A stretch of 55,767 nucleotides of DNA from the IMG/VR virus record IMGVR_UViG_3300021197_000751, positions 1 through 55,767 of that record; one strand, given 5' to 3'. This document shows, piece by piece, positions 36,920 to 46,375 of this stretch. This stretch comes from a virus. Taxonomy: Duplodnaviria > Caudoviricetes. Every line of letters starts with the position of its first letter. The first letter of the stretch is position 1. The position numbers and the translations under genes are program-made. The notes below the pieces were generated by a model. That model was not told the DNA's origin. It searched no databases and saw only the letters and a program-made list of their open reading frames with translations.

Positions 36920-36920
36920 A

Positions 36921-37256
36921 TTAACAATTCCACCTTTTGAGAGATGCGCCTTTTGGTGTCAGTTTGCCACCTTTGCTTGTAGCGCCTTTCATCCCGCCCA
37001 TTCTTGCGCAGAATGATTTGCGTCGCTTGGCTTTCTTTGAACCGGGTTTAAGTTTGCTCGGTTTCGTCGTGACCGGAGGTTTGAGATTCGCGCCGGATTT
37101 GCGCTTTGCGGCGGCACGACCCTTAGCGTTTAGTCCACCTTTAGGACTATGCTTATTTGGATTGTAGCCGTGAAACGGCTTAGACTTCTTCTTCGCTTTC
37201 AGCATCTCAAATGCTATCTCGTCCGGTGTGCAACACTCGCAGTATTCTTCGTTCAA
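36921..37256 (-). CDS. Small very basic protein resembling a widespread phage family (DUF6321-like, from recall)
   Basis: GGLNAKGRA...NLKPPV...RRKSFCARM...SLKRWNC. Confidence 0.7.
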   Translation of the reverse strand: MNEEYCECCTPDEIAFEMLKAKKKSKPFHGYNPNKHSPKGGLNAKGRAAAKRKSGANLKPPVTTKPSKLKPGSKKAKRRKSFCARMGGMKGATSKGGKLTPKGASLKRWNC

Positions 37257-38653
37257 TCAATCAACCCTGCCATCATATCATCAATATCGACTATTCGTTC
37301 TCGGAACTCGGTAGTTCCCCAATGCGCTAAAGCAAGCGCGATAGCGAAGTCATCGTGGCGACCGATGCTATCCAACTTGCCCTTCTTTGACATGCCGAAC
37401 ATGAGTAGTTCGCGTTCTAACTCGCTCATAAGGGTTCGGGAGTTTTCGTCACCCCACGGCAACCTTAGTTGCTCTTTCTCAAAACGCATAACTAATCCCA
37501 TGAGAAGCGATTCTCGGCGTTGCCGAGTTGAAATGAATGTCTTAATTGGTAAGTCTGTGTCCGCGCGTAATTCAGTAGCGAACACACGCTGAAAGTTGTT
37601 CGCTTCAAGTTCTATAACATCCGGTCCAAACTTTGAGTTGAGTTTTTGAATCTCCATAATCTGTGTTCGGAAATCCATATTCTTTCTACGAACCACATGA
37701 ACTAACTCAAGCAGTTCGGGATTAGTGGATGGGCGACGAAGCACCACCATAACGGTGTAGTCAGCCGACCTGTCCGATGAAATAGCAGGGTCCCAACCGA
37801 CGAAGTATTGGTCATCGGGGTCGCCATCTGCACGATTGATGATTCTTAAATCGCTATCTTTTGCGGCTTGAAGAACCAACGAAGGGAATAAACTGCTCAT
37901 ATCATCCATTGGTTCACACAGGTATTCGCGAGCAAATGCAATAGCGGGCATATCGTTTCTGCGCGCATCAAGAGAATCTAAATCCCACCGTTCCGGCCAT
38001 AGCGCTACACCTTTAGCGTTAATAGCGGGGTATGTTTCTACGAGGTAGCCCTCACGCTGTTCTAATTCTGTGTAAAGGTCAGTTGGTGTGAACGGTGTTC
38101 CTACAATCATCAATTTTGAAGAGTGGTGGAGTGTAGGGACAAGAACCTCATAAAACCAACTTGCGACTCTTTGAAGTTCGGTATCTGTCGTTCCCCACAG
38201 AATGTCGTCGCATAGAATGAGGTCGGGGTGAATACCACGAATAGCACCACCAACAGACTTCGCGCTGATGTTTGAACCATTGCTAAAACCAAAGAATGTC
38301 TTTGACCAAGAATCGGGTTTCTTCATGCGCGCCATGAACGGTATTCCATCTATGAGGTCATTGAGTGTTCTCATATGGTGAATAGATTGATGCAAACTGT
38401 GGCTGATAAGAACCGCTTTACATTTTGGATTAAACGCTACTTTCCAAAGAAGGTAGCCGAGGAACAGCGTTGATTTACCGTGGTCACGCGCCGCTTTCAC
38501 ACAATAGCGCCGTTGAGCCTCAAGATTGTCATACCACTTTTCGTGATGATGCGATAATTGAAAACCAAGAATATCTTCAAAGAAGAACTTGAAGTCGCGC
38601 TTAGCAACTTCGTAGTCTATCTCTTCAAGTGTTTCAAGGCTCAAGCCCTCCAT
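37253..38653 (-). CDS. terL: Terminase large subunit
   Basis: Walker A-like AARDHGKS, Walker B LILCDD, coupling motif VGTP, and nuclease motifs VGWDPA, DYTV and HDDFAIALALA. GAGGTGA SD. Confidence 0.95.
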   Translation of the reverse strand: MEGLSLETLEEIDYEVAKRDFKFFFEDILGFQLSHHHEKWYDNLEAQRRYCVKAARDHGKSTLFLGYLLWKVAFNPKCKAVLISHSLHQSIHHMRTLNDLIDGIPFMARMKKPDSWSKTFFGFSNGSNISAKSVGGAIRGIHPDLILCDDILWGTTDTELQRVASWFYEVLVPTLHHSSKLMIVGTPFTPTDLYTELEQREGYLVETYPAINAKGVALWPERWDLDSLDARRNDMPAIAFAREYLCEPMDDMSSLFPSLVLQAAKDSDLRIINRADGDPDDQYFVGWDPAISSDRSADYTVMVVLRRPSTNPELLELVHVVRRKNMDFRTQIMEIQKLNSKFGPDVIELEANNFQRVFATELRADTDLPIKTFISTRQRRESLLMGLVMRFEKEQLRLPWGDENSRTLMSELERELLMFGMSKKGKLDSIGRHDDFAIALALAHWGTTEFRERIVDIDDMMAGLID

Positions 38654-38660
38654 AGGGCAA

Positions 38661-40259
38661 TCACCTCACATTCAGCCTTTTGAGTAAAGAATCCCAAGCA
38701 TGAGTTTCGTCATAAGATGCTAAGAAGTTATCATCATCATCTAATTCTTCTTCTTCTTCTGCCGGTGCTTCTTCTTCTTCTTCTTCTGCCGGTGCTTCTT
38801 CTGTCTTAGGAACTTCACCTTGACCAAACTCCGTTTCAGTAGCCTTCTTCTTCTTAGGAGTAGCCTTCTTCTTCTTAGAAGTAGCCTTCTTGGGCTTCTC
38901 AACTTCACCTTGACCCAACTCCGGTGCTTCTTCTGCGACCCCTGCTTCTTCTGCAATCGCCTCCGCTACTTCGGGTGTAGCGTTGCCGAATGTTGCCATA
39001 ATAGCGGAGATAATATCCTTCTTTGACATTTCGCTTCCTGTCGCCTTTCTCTTATTTTTGAGTGCCGCGACTAATTCTTTCTTAGTAGGAGTTTTGCCAT
39101 CTGCAACTAACGGTGTAATAGCACTAATCCATCCCTTTCTCGCAGTTCCTTTTTTATGAGGAATAGCATTGTGCCAAGCAGGAGTTTCGGCTCCCGCGTC
39201 AGCCTGTGGCTTTCCGCCGGTTTGTGCCGCCGGATTATCAGTTGCCGGTTTTGGCATTGAATCGTCCAACGCGGCGGAGTCGATACCTGCGCCCATCTCT
39301 TCAACTTCTGCGGCTTCGGTATCTGTGATAGGGTCTTGTTGACCATCAAGGCTACCTTGACCAAACTCTTCTGCGCCACCCATACCTTCATTATTTGCGG
39401 CTTGCACTTTTTGATGACGCATTGGGTATGGCCTTTCGGGATTCTTATTCGGGTCGCTATTAGCCGCCCAATCAGCATTTGCTTTATCTTTCATTCTGTC
39501 CTGCCTTGTTCTGTTCAACCTACGACTTTGTTCAGTTCCGCCACTCAATTCATTGGATTGTGAAATTAACGCAACTTGTTGGTCATAGCGCCTTCGTTCA
39601 CTTTCACTCATATTATCGGGGTCCATTCCTGCAAACTCGTTATCGAGAATGCGTTGTGCCGCCATCGCTGATTTACCCGCCTTAGCCTGTCGCCTTCTGT
39701 CGTTTCCTTCTTGAACATAAGATGCGAGATTCCTCATTGGTCTTAGCCTGTCGCGCAATCGGTATCGTTCTTTCATTCCGTCTGCTGAACCTGCTTGAGC
39801 ATCAATAGCGCCACCACGCGAATGAGCGCCACCTGTGAATAGATTCTTCATTCCCGCTACCATTGCTTGACCGGGTTTTCCTGCTTGCATCAATTCCTTA
39901 CCTGTTGGTTGTGGATTGTAATTAAGAGGGTTCCCTTGTGAATCTTTTGCGTTTTGTTGTGCTTGCATTCTTTGATTGTATGCCTCAACTTGTTGTTGAT
40001 TGATAGCACTTTGCATATCTTGAGGTTGTTGCGCTTGTGTTTGTTGCGCTACATCCTTCAAAAGAATGTCGGGGTGTGTGTTTAGCGCGGATGATGCGGC
40101 TTTGATAAGAGGCATTGGTGTGTTATCTTCAACATCCCAAACAACATAGTTAATATCAGCCCAACTGCGACCTTTCGCTATCATAAACTCGTAAGTTCCA
40201 AACACTTTACCACTCTTCATCATGTAAGAGTTCCATTCCATTTCAGTTTCTATATTCAT
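38661..40259 (-). CDS. Low-complexity protein with Q-rich, K-rich and acidic repeats
   Basis: About 532 aa with an ATGA overlap with the upstream gene. Ends HAWDSLLKRLNVR. Confidence 0.8.
   Translation of the reverse strand: MNIETEMEWNSYMMKSGKVFGTYEFMIAKGRSWADINYVVWDVEDNTPMPLIKAASSALNTHPDILLKDVAQQTQAQQPQDMQSAINQQQVEAYNQRMQAQQNAKDSQGNPLNYNPQPTGKELMQAGKPGQAMVAGMKNLFTGGAHSRGGAIDAQAGSADGMKERYRLRDRLRPMRNLASYVQEGNDRRRQAKAGKSAMAAQRILDNEFAGMDPDNMSESERRRYDQQVALISQSNELSGGTEQSRRLNRTRQDRMKDKANADWAANSDPNKNPERPYPMRHQKVQAANNEGMGGAEEFGQGSLDGQQDPITDTEAAEVEEMGAGIDSAALDDSMPKPATDNPAAQTGGKPQADAGAETPAWHNAIPHKKGTARKGWISAITPLVADGKTPTKKELVAALKNKRKATGSEMSKKDIISAIMATFGNATPEVAEAIAEEAGVAEEAPELGQGEVEKPKKATSKKKKATPKKKKATETEFGQGEVPKTEEAPAEEEEEEAPAEEEEELDDDDNFLASYDETHAWDSLLKRLNVR
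38745..38915. repeat. Intragenic short tandem repeats
   Basis: (TTC)n-TGCCGGTGC twice, GTAGCCTTCTT(CTTCTTAG) three times and AACTTCACCTTGACC twice. They encode EEAPAEEE, KKKKAT and GQGEV. Confidence 0.8.
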
Positions 40260-42064
40260 GTTAATGCCTCCAAACACGACGCTTTGATAATGTTAACCAC
40301 ATCGCGCCCTACTTGAAAATGTTCCGCTAATCTCGTCCAATCTCCGATACTCATAGCGATAGCACGAACATCTGTCGATTCAAGGTCGAGTTGTTTCGCT
40401 AAAACTTTCATATCATTTCCATTGCGAGGATTAAGATTTTGATATTGAACGCTTTTCATAATTTGCGCATTCTCCCATGTGTCATGCATTTGAACTCGTT
40501 CCATTACAGCCGCGATAGCGCCCATAGGGTCGTCTTGTGAAGTCATAACACCTGTTTGGTCATTACGCGTGGCAACTGTTCCTGCGGGTCCAAACGGGTC
40601 TGTTGGTGATGGTGGTTGTGTGCCTTGATTATTCAATGGTAGACCTCCACCTGCACCTCCCGGCGGTAATTGTTGATTCTCTTGCGTTGGGTCGTAATCT
40701 CCTACGCTGATATGGTCGGGTATTTGGTCATGTAAATGCCCTAAATCTTCTGTTATTTGACCATGCATTTCATGATGTTCTTGAGCGAGTCCCATTTCTG
40801 CTAAATTGACAGGGTTTCCTCCCTGTCGTAGCGCGTAAGAGCGCCAACCACTAACAACCGATTGTGGAGGGCGTGAACTACCCATAGCGGGCGCAATATC
40901 AATTCGTAATTCTTCTGCTGTTTTGAGAGTAGCCAAGATTCTCTTAGCCGCATCTGTTCTACCTCTATCCGCACCGCCCACTCGACCATCAAAATGACTT
41001 CTGTGTTTGTGATATGCATCCGCTATCGAATTATCTTTGTTTTGACCGGCGATGCCGATGTAATCTTGTATTCTGTTAACTATTTTGTTCAGTTGAGTAG
41101 CAGAACCCTTCTTACCACGACCCAAAACCAACTGTGCGGCAGGTGCGCGAGCCATTTCTTCTGCTCTTCTCGGTGAAACCCCTTCCCTCATTAGTGCGTT
41201 AATCACATTTACAGGTGGTCTACCTCTTGAGGTGGGTATGAAAAACGCATCGGGTAGCGATGCAAGAATATCAAGTGGTCCAATTTGACCATATTGCGTT
41301 CTTTCGTTGTATTTTTCCGACCCATATTCGGGAAAATGGTGATTGTCCTTACTTGTAGGGTCTTTCATGTTGCTATCGAATCTCTCAAGAAGGCTTCGCA
41401 TCTTGTATGAGCCATCAGCCATCTTTTCGGGTGCGCGAACTATATGTTGAGGTTCAAGAACATTTTGCCTTGCACCTAATTCACTCTCTATACCTAAAGA
41501 AGCAATAATTTTACGAAACTCTTTCTCAAAATGAAAGGCTCCCGACTCAAGAAAACGACCAATAGTAGGATGCGCTACGCTATTATAGTGTAAATTGATA
41601 AGTTTTCTATTACGGTCGCGTGTTTTGCGCGCAGAAGTAGGAACTCTTCGGGATTCGTGTGTTCCGTAATGATTTGTTTTGTATTCGGGATGTAAATTAC
41701 CGCTTTCATCGAAAGGAATAGGCACAGTATGGAAGTCATCGCCGCTATTGCGCTTATTTCGATTAAAGTCATTAGCGGCTTTATTGAGGATATTTTTAGC
41801 CTCTTTTAGTGACAAATTACCCGGATAAAGTTGTTTCATCTTCTTATTATCTGCAAGATACCTTGCCGCCGCCTCCATAGGCCAATGACGCATATTATCC
41901 GGTATCTCTTTGTGTCCTTTACCTGTTGAATGGTCTATATGAAAATGGGACATTTCTTTATGCGGCGAATCCGGTGAAGGAAACGACATAGGAATCATTT
42001 TCCCTCCTGCTCCGCGCTTATAGACACCTTTACCCTTGAGGATAATATCGTCAAACTCGTCCAT
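40256..42064 (-). CDS. Hypothetical protein (about 602 aa), possibly an internal virion protein
   Basis: Long ORF, likely starting MDEFDDIILKG in overlap with the upstream stop. Confidence 0.8.
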   Translation of the reverse strand: MDEFDDIILKGKGVYKRGAGGKMIPMSFPSPDSPHKEMSHFHIDHSTGKGHKEIPDNMRHWPMEAAARYLADNKKMKQLYPGNLSLKEAKNILNKAANDFNRNKRNSGDDFHTVPIPFDESGNLHPEYKTNHYGTHESRRVPTSARKTRDRNRKLINLHYNSVAHPTIGRFLESGAFHFEKEFRKIIASLGIESELGARQNVLEPQHIVRAPEKMADGSYKMRSLLERFDSNMKDPTSKDNHHFPEYGSEKYNERTQYGQIGPLDILASLPDAFFIPTSRGRPPVNVINALMREGVSPRRAEEMARAPAAQLVLGRGKKGSATQLNKIVNRIQDYIGIAGQNKDNSIADAYHKHRSHFDGRVGGADRGRTDAAKRILATLKTAEELRIDIAPAMGSSRPPQSVVSGWRSYALRQGGNPVNLAEMGLAQEHHEMHGQITEDLGHLHDQIPDHISVGDYDPTQENQQLPPGGAGGGLPLNNQGTQPPSPTDPFGPAGTVATRNDQTGVMTSQDDPMGAIAAVMERVQMHDTWENAQIMKSVQYQNLNPRNGNDMKVLAKQLDLESTDVRAIAMSIGDWTRLAEHFQVGRDVVNIIKASCLEALT

Positions 42065-43260
42065 CACAAACCACCCCTGCGCGTATAGAGTCCATAAGCA
42101 TGAGTTCCCCACATTGTAGGGTCGTCATCGGGGTCTGTTTCGGTAGCGCCTGTTGGGGCGGAGGTCATACGGGGGTGAGCGTTAGGTGTAGGTCCATCGG
42201 GTGCAGGGTCAAGGCTTGCATCCATTTTATTCGTCAATCCTCTCAACAACTTCTCAAGTTTCTGTATAAGGCGACGATATTCTTGTTTGTCGCGCATTGT
42301 CATACCTTTAGCGAGTAGAGATGAGAATGGAGATGCCCCACCTGCCGCTAAGTCGTGTGCCTTTGAATGACCTGCCCCCATTGGCGTATCGGGTTTTCTT
42401 GGAGCATGCATTTTCTTCGGCCCTTTAGTCGCTTCTCTATGTTCAGCCGTTCCTCTTGGTGCGTGAGCGACGCGAGAATCAACTTGTTCTGTTGGGATAG
42501 AAGGTGTGTTGGGTTGAGTAGGCATAGTTCCTGCCAATTCTGCTCTTCTTGCTTCGGATTCAAGAGCGCGTGGAGGACTCATCATAGCCGGTGGTCCCGA
42601 ACGCTGTGATGCGAGTGTCAAATAATTAGGAGTGGTGCGAGTTTGTCTGCTGTATTGCATTGAAGGTTGAGTTGCCCTGTGTGATGCAATAACACCTGTG
42701 TATTTAGCCGGATTTCGCCCGGTATCGACTCTTAACGGATTACCTGCTTTACTTGTGCGGGTCTTTTTCTTTGAATCCATTGTTTTGGTCTTCTCTTTCT
42801 TACCCTTGCGACCTTTTTCAGCGCGTTGTCTTGCACGAACTGTTGCTATCGTAGTGGTTTTCTTAGGCTTTTCCCTGTCGTATTTTGGCTCGTCTTTTTT
42901 TTTGATAACATCAAAAGCCATATCCATAGGCTCTCCTGTCATCACGCCCATACCTAACCCATTACCGCGCGGGTTAGCGCCCTCGATAGCGTCAGCCTGT
43001 CCGACTTGACCTGCAAGTTGACCTGCTTCTTCGGTTGGGCGCTCTTCATCCTCGGTGTTCTGTTGAGGTATTTTAATTTTCAAATGCTGAATACCATGCA
43101 TTGAAAGAGCGCGTTTTTCTTGTTCTTGTTGCTTTTTAGCGTCATGCTTAGCGCGCTCTTCGGAATCTTCACGCCCGACCGAAGAATCTTCTTCGATTTC
43201 TTCTGCGCTTTGGCGCGGGTTGAATCTTAACCCCGATGTGCTACCGCGTTCACCGCCCAT
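42064..43260 (-). CDS. Low-complexity, probably disordered protein
   Basis: 398 aa, K/R/P-rich, contains TGEPMDMAFDVIKK. Confidence 0.8.
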   Translation of the reverse strand: MGGERGSTSGLRFNPRQSAEEIEEDSSVGREDSEERAKHDAKKQQEQEKRALSMHGIQHLKIKIPQQNTEDEERPTEEAGQLAGQVGQADAIEGANPRGNGLGMGVMTGEPMDMAFDVIKKKDEPKYDREKPKKTTTIATVRARQRAEKGRKGKKEKTKTMDSKKKTRTSKAGNPLRVDTGRNPAKYTGVIASHRATQPSMQYSRQTRTTPNYLTLASQRSGPPAMMSPPRALESEARRAELAGTMPTQPNTPSIPTEQVDSRVAHAPRGTAEHREATKGPKKMHAPRKPDTPMGAGHSKAHDLAAGGASPFSSLLAKGMTMRDKQEYRRLIQKLEKLLRGLTNKMDASLDPAPDGPTPNAHPRMTSAPTGATETDPDDDPTMWGTHAYGLYTRRGGL

Positions 43261-43694
43261 TAAGCATCACCATCACACAATGATTCAAAAGTCCTTTGGA
43301 GAATGCTCGCTATATTATAATAGAATAAACAAACTTCTTCGTTTTCCTTAAACGCCGTTGCGTATGCGCTAAAAATAGTGTGTATAGCCGTCATCATATG
43401 TGCTAAAATGGATTGCGCGTGTATAAACTTCTCACCATCATCGACAGTCATTATTTTGAATTGAGTTTCAACATCCTTTACGATACCTTTGTGAGTGTGA
43501 TATTCAGCGTATATGTGCGGAGCCATATTGCTAACTGCATGATGCCAACGGTCTATGACATGATGCGTAAGTTTGAAGAAATCACCATACTCGTCGCTAT
43601 TCAGCGGTCGTGTTATGCGCAAAAGGTCGCTATTCTTAATATCGCGACACTCAATGAAAGGGACAAAAACAGTAGACTCACTCATCAGTTTCAC
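43260..43694 (-). CDS. Hypothetical protein
   Basis: 144-aa ORF overlapping its neighbours. Confidence 0.7.
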   Translation of the reverse strand: MKLMSESTVFVPFIECRDIKNSDLLRITRPLNSDEYGDFFKLTHHVIDRWHHAVSNMAPHIYAEYHTHKGIVKDVETQFKIMTVDDGEKFIHAQSILAHMMTAIHTIFSAYATAFKENEEVCLFYYNIASILQRTFESLCDGDA

Positions 43695-44349
43695 CCATCA
43701 ATTTGGTTCTTAATTTACGCCACACTTCGGGGGATTCTTTCGCTAATTCAACTTTGAGGATGTTGATTGTTTGAGCATTGATGTTTTCTGTCACATTACC
43801 TGCCGCGCGGTCTTGTATCTTTATCATCATATTAACCGTATCGCGAACTTCTTTGTGTAGCGAAACTATATTGCGGACATATTGAGGGTCATTGCGGTCA
43901 GCATCATCAAGAAAATGCGCTAATTCGCCATTCAAACGAGATAAATTACCGCGTATGGAGTTCATTTCATTACCGGCTTCGATAGCGATTATATCCGCCG
44001 CACCTTTTTGCACAAGAGGTTTCAAGTGATGCTTCAAATGATGATATACACTCGACTCCGGCATATTTACATCGACCGCTATTTCTTCTGTCGTCATAGA
44101 CCCGTTGTAATAAGCATGCTCAAGAGATTCGCGTTTCAAAGATGTGCATAAACTGCATTCGCTATTTGCACCCATATGATATTCTCCCATGTGGTTGCGG
44201 AAATGACGGTCGGCAGTTCCTTCGCGCCAATCTTTGTCTTTATCTAACTGTTTAGCGGTGACAATTCCATCTTTCATCAATTCCTCTAAACTATCTCGCT
44301 CTTCGTCTTGACAAAAGGGGCAAGATGCTCGCGTCACTCTCTCGCCCAT
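43678..44349 (-). CDS. Probable terminase small subunit with tandem Zn/HTH repeats and a coiled coil
   Basis: Two repeats, CPFC...RHFRNHM and CSLC...HHLKHHL, each enclosing an HTH-like segment, followed by helices. First gene of the run leading to TerL. Confidence 0.55.
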   Translation of the reverse strand: MGERVTRASCPFCQDEERDSLEELMKDGIVTAKQLDKDKDWREGTADRHFRNHMGEYHMGANSECSLCTSLKRESLEHAYYNGSMTTEEIAVDVNMPESSVYHHLKHHLKPLVQKGAADIIAIEAGNEMNSIRGNLSRLNGELAHFLDDADRNDPQYVRNIVSLHKEVRDTVNMMIKIQDRAAGNVTENINAQTINILKVELAKESPEVWRKLRTKLMGETDE

Positions 44350-44399
44350 AAGGTATGCAGAACGAAACACTTGAAAATCATTGCGATATAGAGTGTGCC

Positions 44400-44714
44400 A
44401 TGCGAACTCCTAAAAAAACCCCCCGCATAGCAGGAGTTCCGTTAAACAAAACTGCGGCTATAAGTCTTGGGAAGGGAGTTAGGGACTCCTTACTTAACCG
44501 AAAAGTGAATGATGAAGAACGCAGTAGAAGATTGAAAATATGTCACTCTTGCGAACATTTTAGCGCGCCGAGATGCACTCTATGTGGGTGTTTTATGAAC
44601 TTCAAAACAACATTAACATCGAGCAACTGCCCTATCCACAAATGGTCAACCTTGAGAGAACTTACGATAGACCATTCCGGTGAAACTGAAAAGACCAAAC
44701 AAAACGACGAGTAA
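44400..44714 (+). CDS. Cys-rich Zn-binding protein (DUF6171-like, from recall)
   Basis: RLKICHSCEHF...RCTLCGCFM..KT.L....CPIHKW. The only convincing plus-strand gene in the window. Confidence 0.75.
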   Translation: MRTPKKTPRIAGVPLNKTAAISLGKGVRDSLLNRKVNDEERSRRLKICHSCEHFSAPRCTLCGCFMNFKTTLTSSNCPIHKWSTLRELTIDHSGETEKTKQNDE

Positions 44715-44891
44715 ATACGACAGGCTTGTTGAGTCCATTGAGCCGCTATTGAATGCGATAATCATAAAACAACCAAGTGTTAGACTGATTAACTGAACCA
44801 TAATCATGTCAACGATGACAGACTTACGCATATTGCTAAAATCGCTCATTGCGCTAATCAAACCGCCCGTCCAATCTCCACTACTTTGCAT
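44646..44891 (-). CDS. Small membrane protein with two TM helices
   Basis: Two hydrophobic segments. Start MQSSGD has a GGAGG SD and sits just after the upstream stop. Confidence 0.75.
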   Translation of the reverse strand: MQSSGDWTGGLISAMSDFSNMRKSVIVDMIMVQLISLTLGCFMIIAFNSGSMDSTSLSYLLVVLFGLFSFTGMVYRKFSQG

Positions 44892-44892
44892 C

Positions 44893-45468
44893 TTAACGGC
44901 CTCCTGTTGCCAATCCACGCACTAACGAACCAAGTCCGCCACCAACATTCTGCATCATGCCGGGGTCAGCCATCGCCGCGTCCAACATTCCTTGCATACT
45001 GCCTTGATTTGCCATAGCGACCATCTGTTGCACTTGCATTTGGTTCTGTTGCACTACATTAGATGAGTTGTTTTGGATTTGCGTCTTACTCATAGTGACG
45101 CTATCGGCAGTTGGTAGTCCTTGAACTCCACTAAAGTCAAACTTGTAGCCTTCTCCGTCTTCAACTAAGCGCGCACTTGCAAGCATAGTGTGAACGGAAA
45201 CCGCTACAACGCTACTCATTAGACTAATTAGTGGTTGAAAGTTTGTATCATTCGCTAACCAACGGTCGATAAGCGGGTTTGAGGTGATGAGAGCAGAAAT
45301 AATATCCATTTCGCTCGGTGGGGCTTGATATTGTTGCTGTTGCCCCCACGGAGTCTGCTGTTGTTGCCCCCATTGTTGCATAGGAACTTGTTGTTGTCCT
45401 CCCGGTAATCCAAGATTCAAACCCGATTGTTGTTGAGGTTGCTGATTACCACTAAACGGCCACACCAT
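44893..45468 (-). CDS. Q/G/M-rich low-complexity protein
   Basis: 191 aa with a GAGGTGG SD. Confidence 0.8.
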   Translation of the reverse strand: MVWPFSGNQQPQQQSGLNLGLPGGQQQVPMQQWGQQQQTPWGQQQQYQAPPSEMDIISALITSNPLIDRWLANDTNFQPLISLMSSVVAVSVHTMLASARLVEDGEGYKFDFSGVQGLPTADSVTMSKTQIQNNSSNVVQQNQMQVQQMVAMANQGSMQGMLDAAMADPGMMQNVGGGLGSLVRGLATGGR

Positions 45469-45477
45469 GATACCACC

Positions 45478-46371
45478 TCACACGCTCCCATCATTTGATT
45501 CTGTCGGTAAAGCAGTTGGTTGAGGTTGCGCTACTTGTTGTTGCATTTGATGTATCGCTAATGCATCAAAAAGTAGCCGAGCGTTGCCGTTATTTTGAAA
45601 TTGGCGCATATCAAACATCACAATAACCAAATCATTCACTCCTGTCGCGCTATTTGTCATATGCGTCACCGGAATGTTGTCTTTCTTCAACATATCAAAG
45701 AAAGGTTGGTATTTAGCAAGTGTAGGAGGTGTATTGTCTTTCTTTTTGATGGTGTTGATAGGAACTGCAACCACAGACACCCCTTTCTTGAGTTTAGCCT
45801 TTAGCGTTCCGCCTTTTGCTTCTTGTTCTGCTTCTTCTTCGCGTTCCCACTTGGTAAGCATATGATACAAATGCAAATGTTCGGGACAATAAGTGCCTCT
45901 TAATTTTCGCCCACTCGTCACATTCTCTCGCGCTACAAACGCTTCGGGTTCACCTGTGACCGGATTATGAAAATACAACTCCCATAGTGATTTTCCTGTC
46001 TCTTCATCAATGATTTGGTCGTAAATGTTGCCCGCTAAGCGAATAAGATTCTCTACATCTGCCCCATCAATGACACAACGCATCGTATTGGTGTTATATC
46101 GGTATTTACCCCCGAAAAACCACCTACGAGGTGAAAAAAAGCCTCTTTTTGTTGGTTTTAACAACCTATACGCCTGTTTTATGTCTTGACGGCGCGCTTT
46201 TGTTGGATTTGCGTGTCTTGACGGGTAAAAATTGACTTGAGGGACTTCGATTACACCCGATTGCTGTTGCATAGCGGCTTGGACTTGCGCTTGTTGTTGT
46301 ATTTGCGCTAAAGGCATGTTTGTTTGTGCGGCGAGCCGTAGTAATTCGGTTTGTGTTTTATTTCCAAGCAT
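45478..46371 (-). CDS. Hypothetical protein with Q-rich ends and possible metal ligands
   Basis: GGTGA SD before MLGNK. Contains RCVID and YCPEH motifs. Confidence 0.8.
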   Translation of the reverse strand: MLGNKTQTELLRLAAQTNMPLAQIQQQAQVQAAMQQQSGVIEVPQVNFYPSRHANPTKARRQDIKQAYRLLKPTKRGFFSPRRWFFGGKYRYNTNTMRCVIDGADVENLIRLAGNIYDQIIDEETGKSLWELYFHNPVTGEPEAFVARENVTSGRKLRGTYCPEHLHLYHMLTKWEREEEAEQEAKGGTLKAKLKKGVSVVAVPINTIKKKDNTPPTLAKYQPFFDMLKKDNIPVTHMTNSATGVNDLVIVMFDMRQFQNNGNARLLFDALAIHQMQQQVAQPQPTALPTESNDGSV

Positions 46372-46375
46372 ATTA

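Noticed and set aside
35498-38653. LAGLIDADG as part of an intein or intron in TerL or portal
   Set aside because: TerL and portal look complete, and the LAGLIDADG ORF has no intein splice-junction residues.
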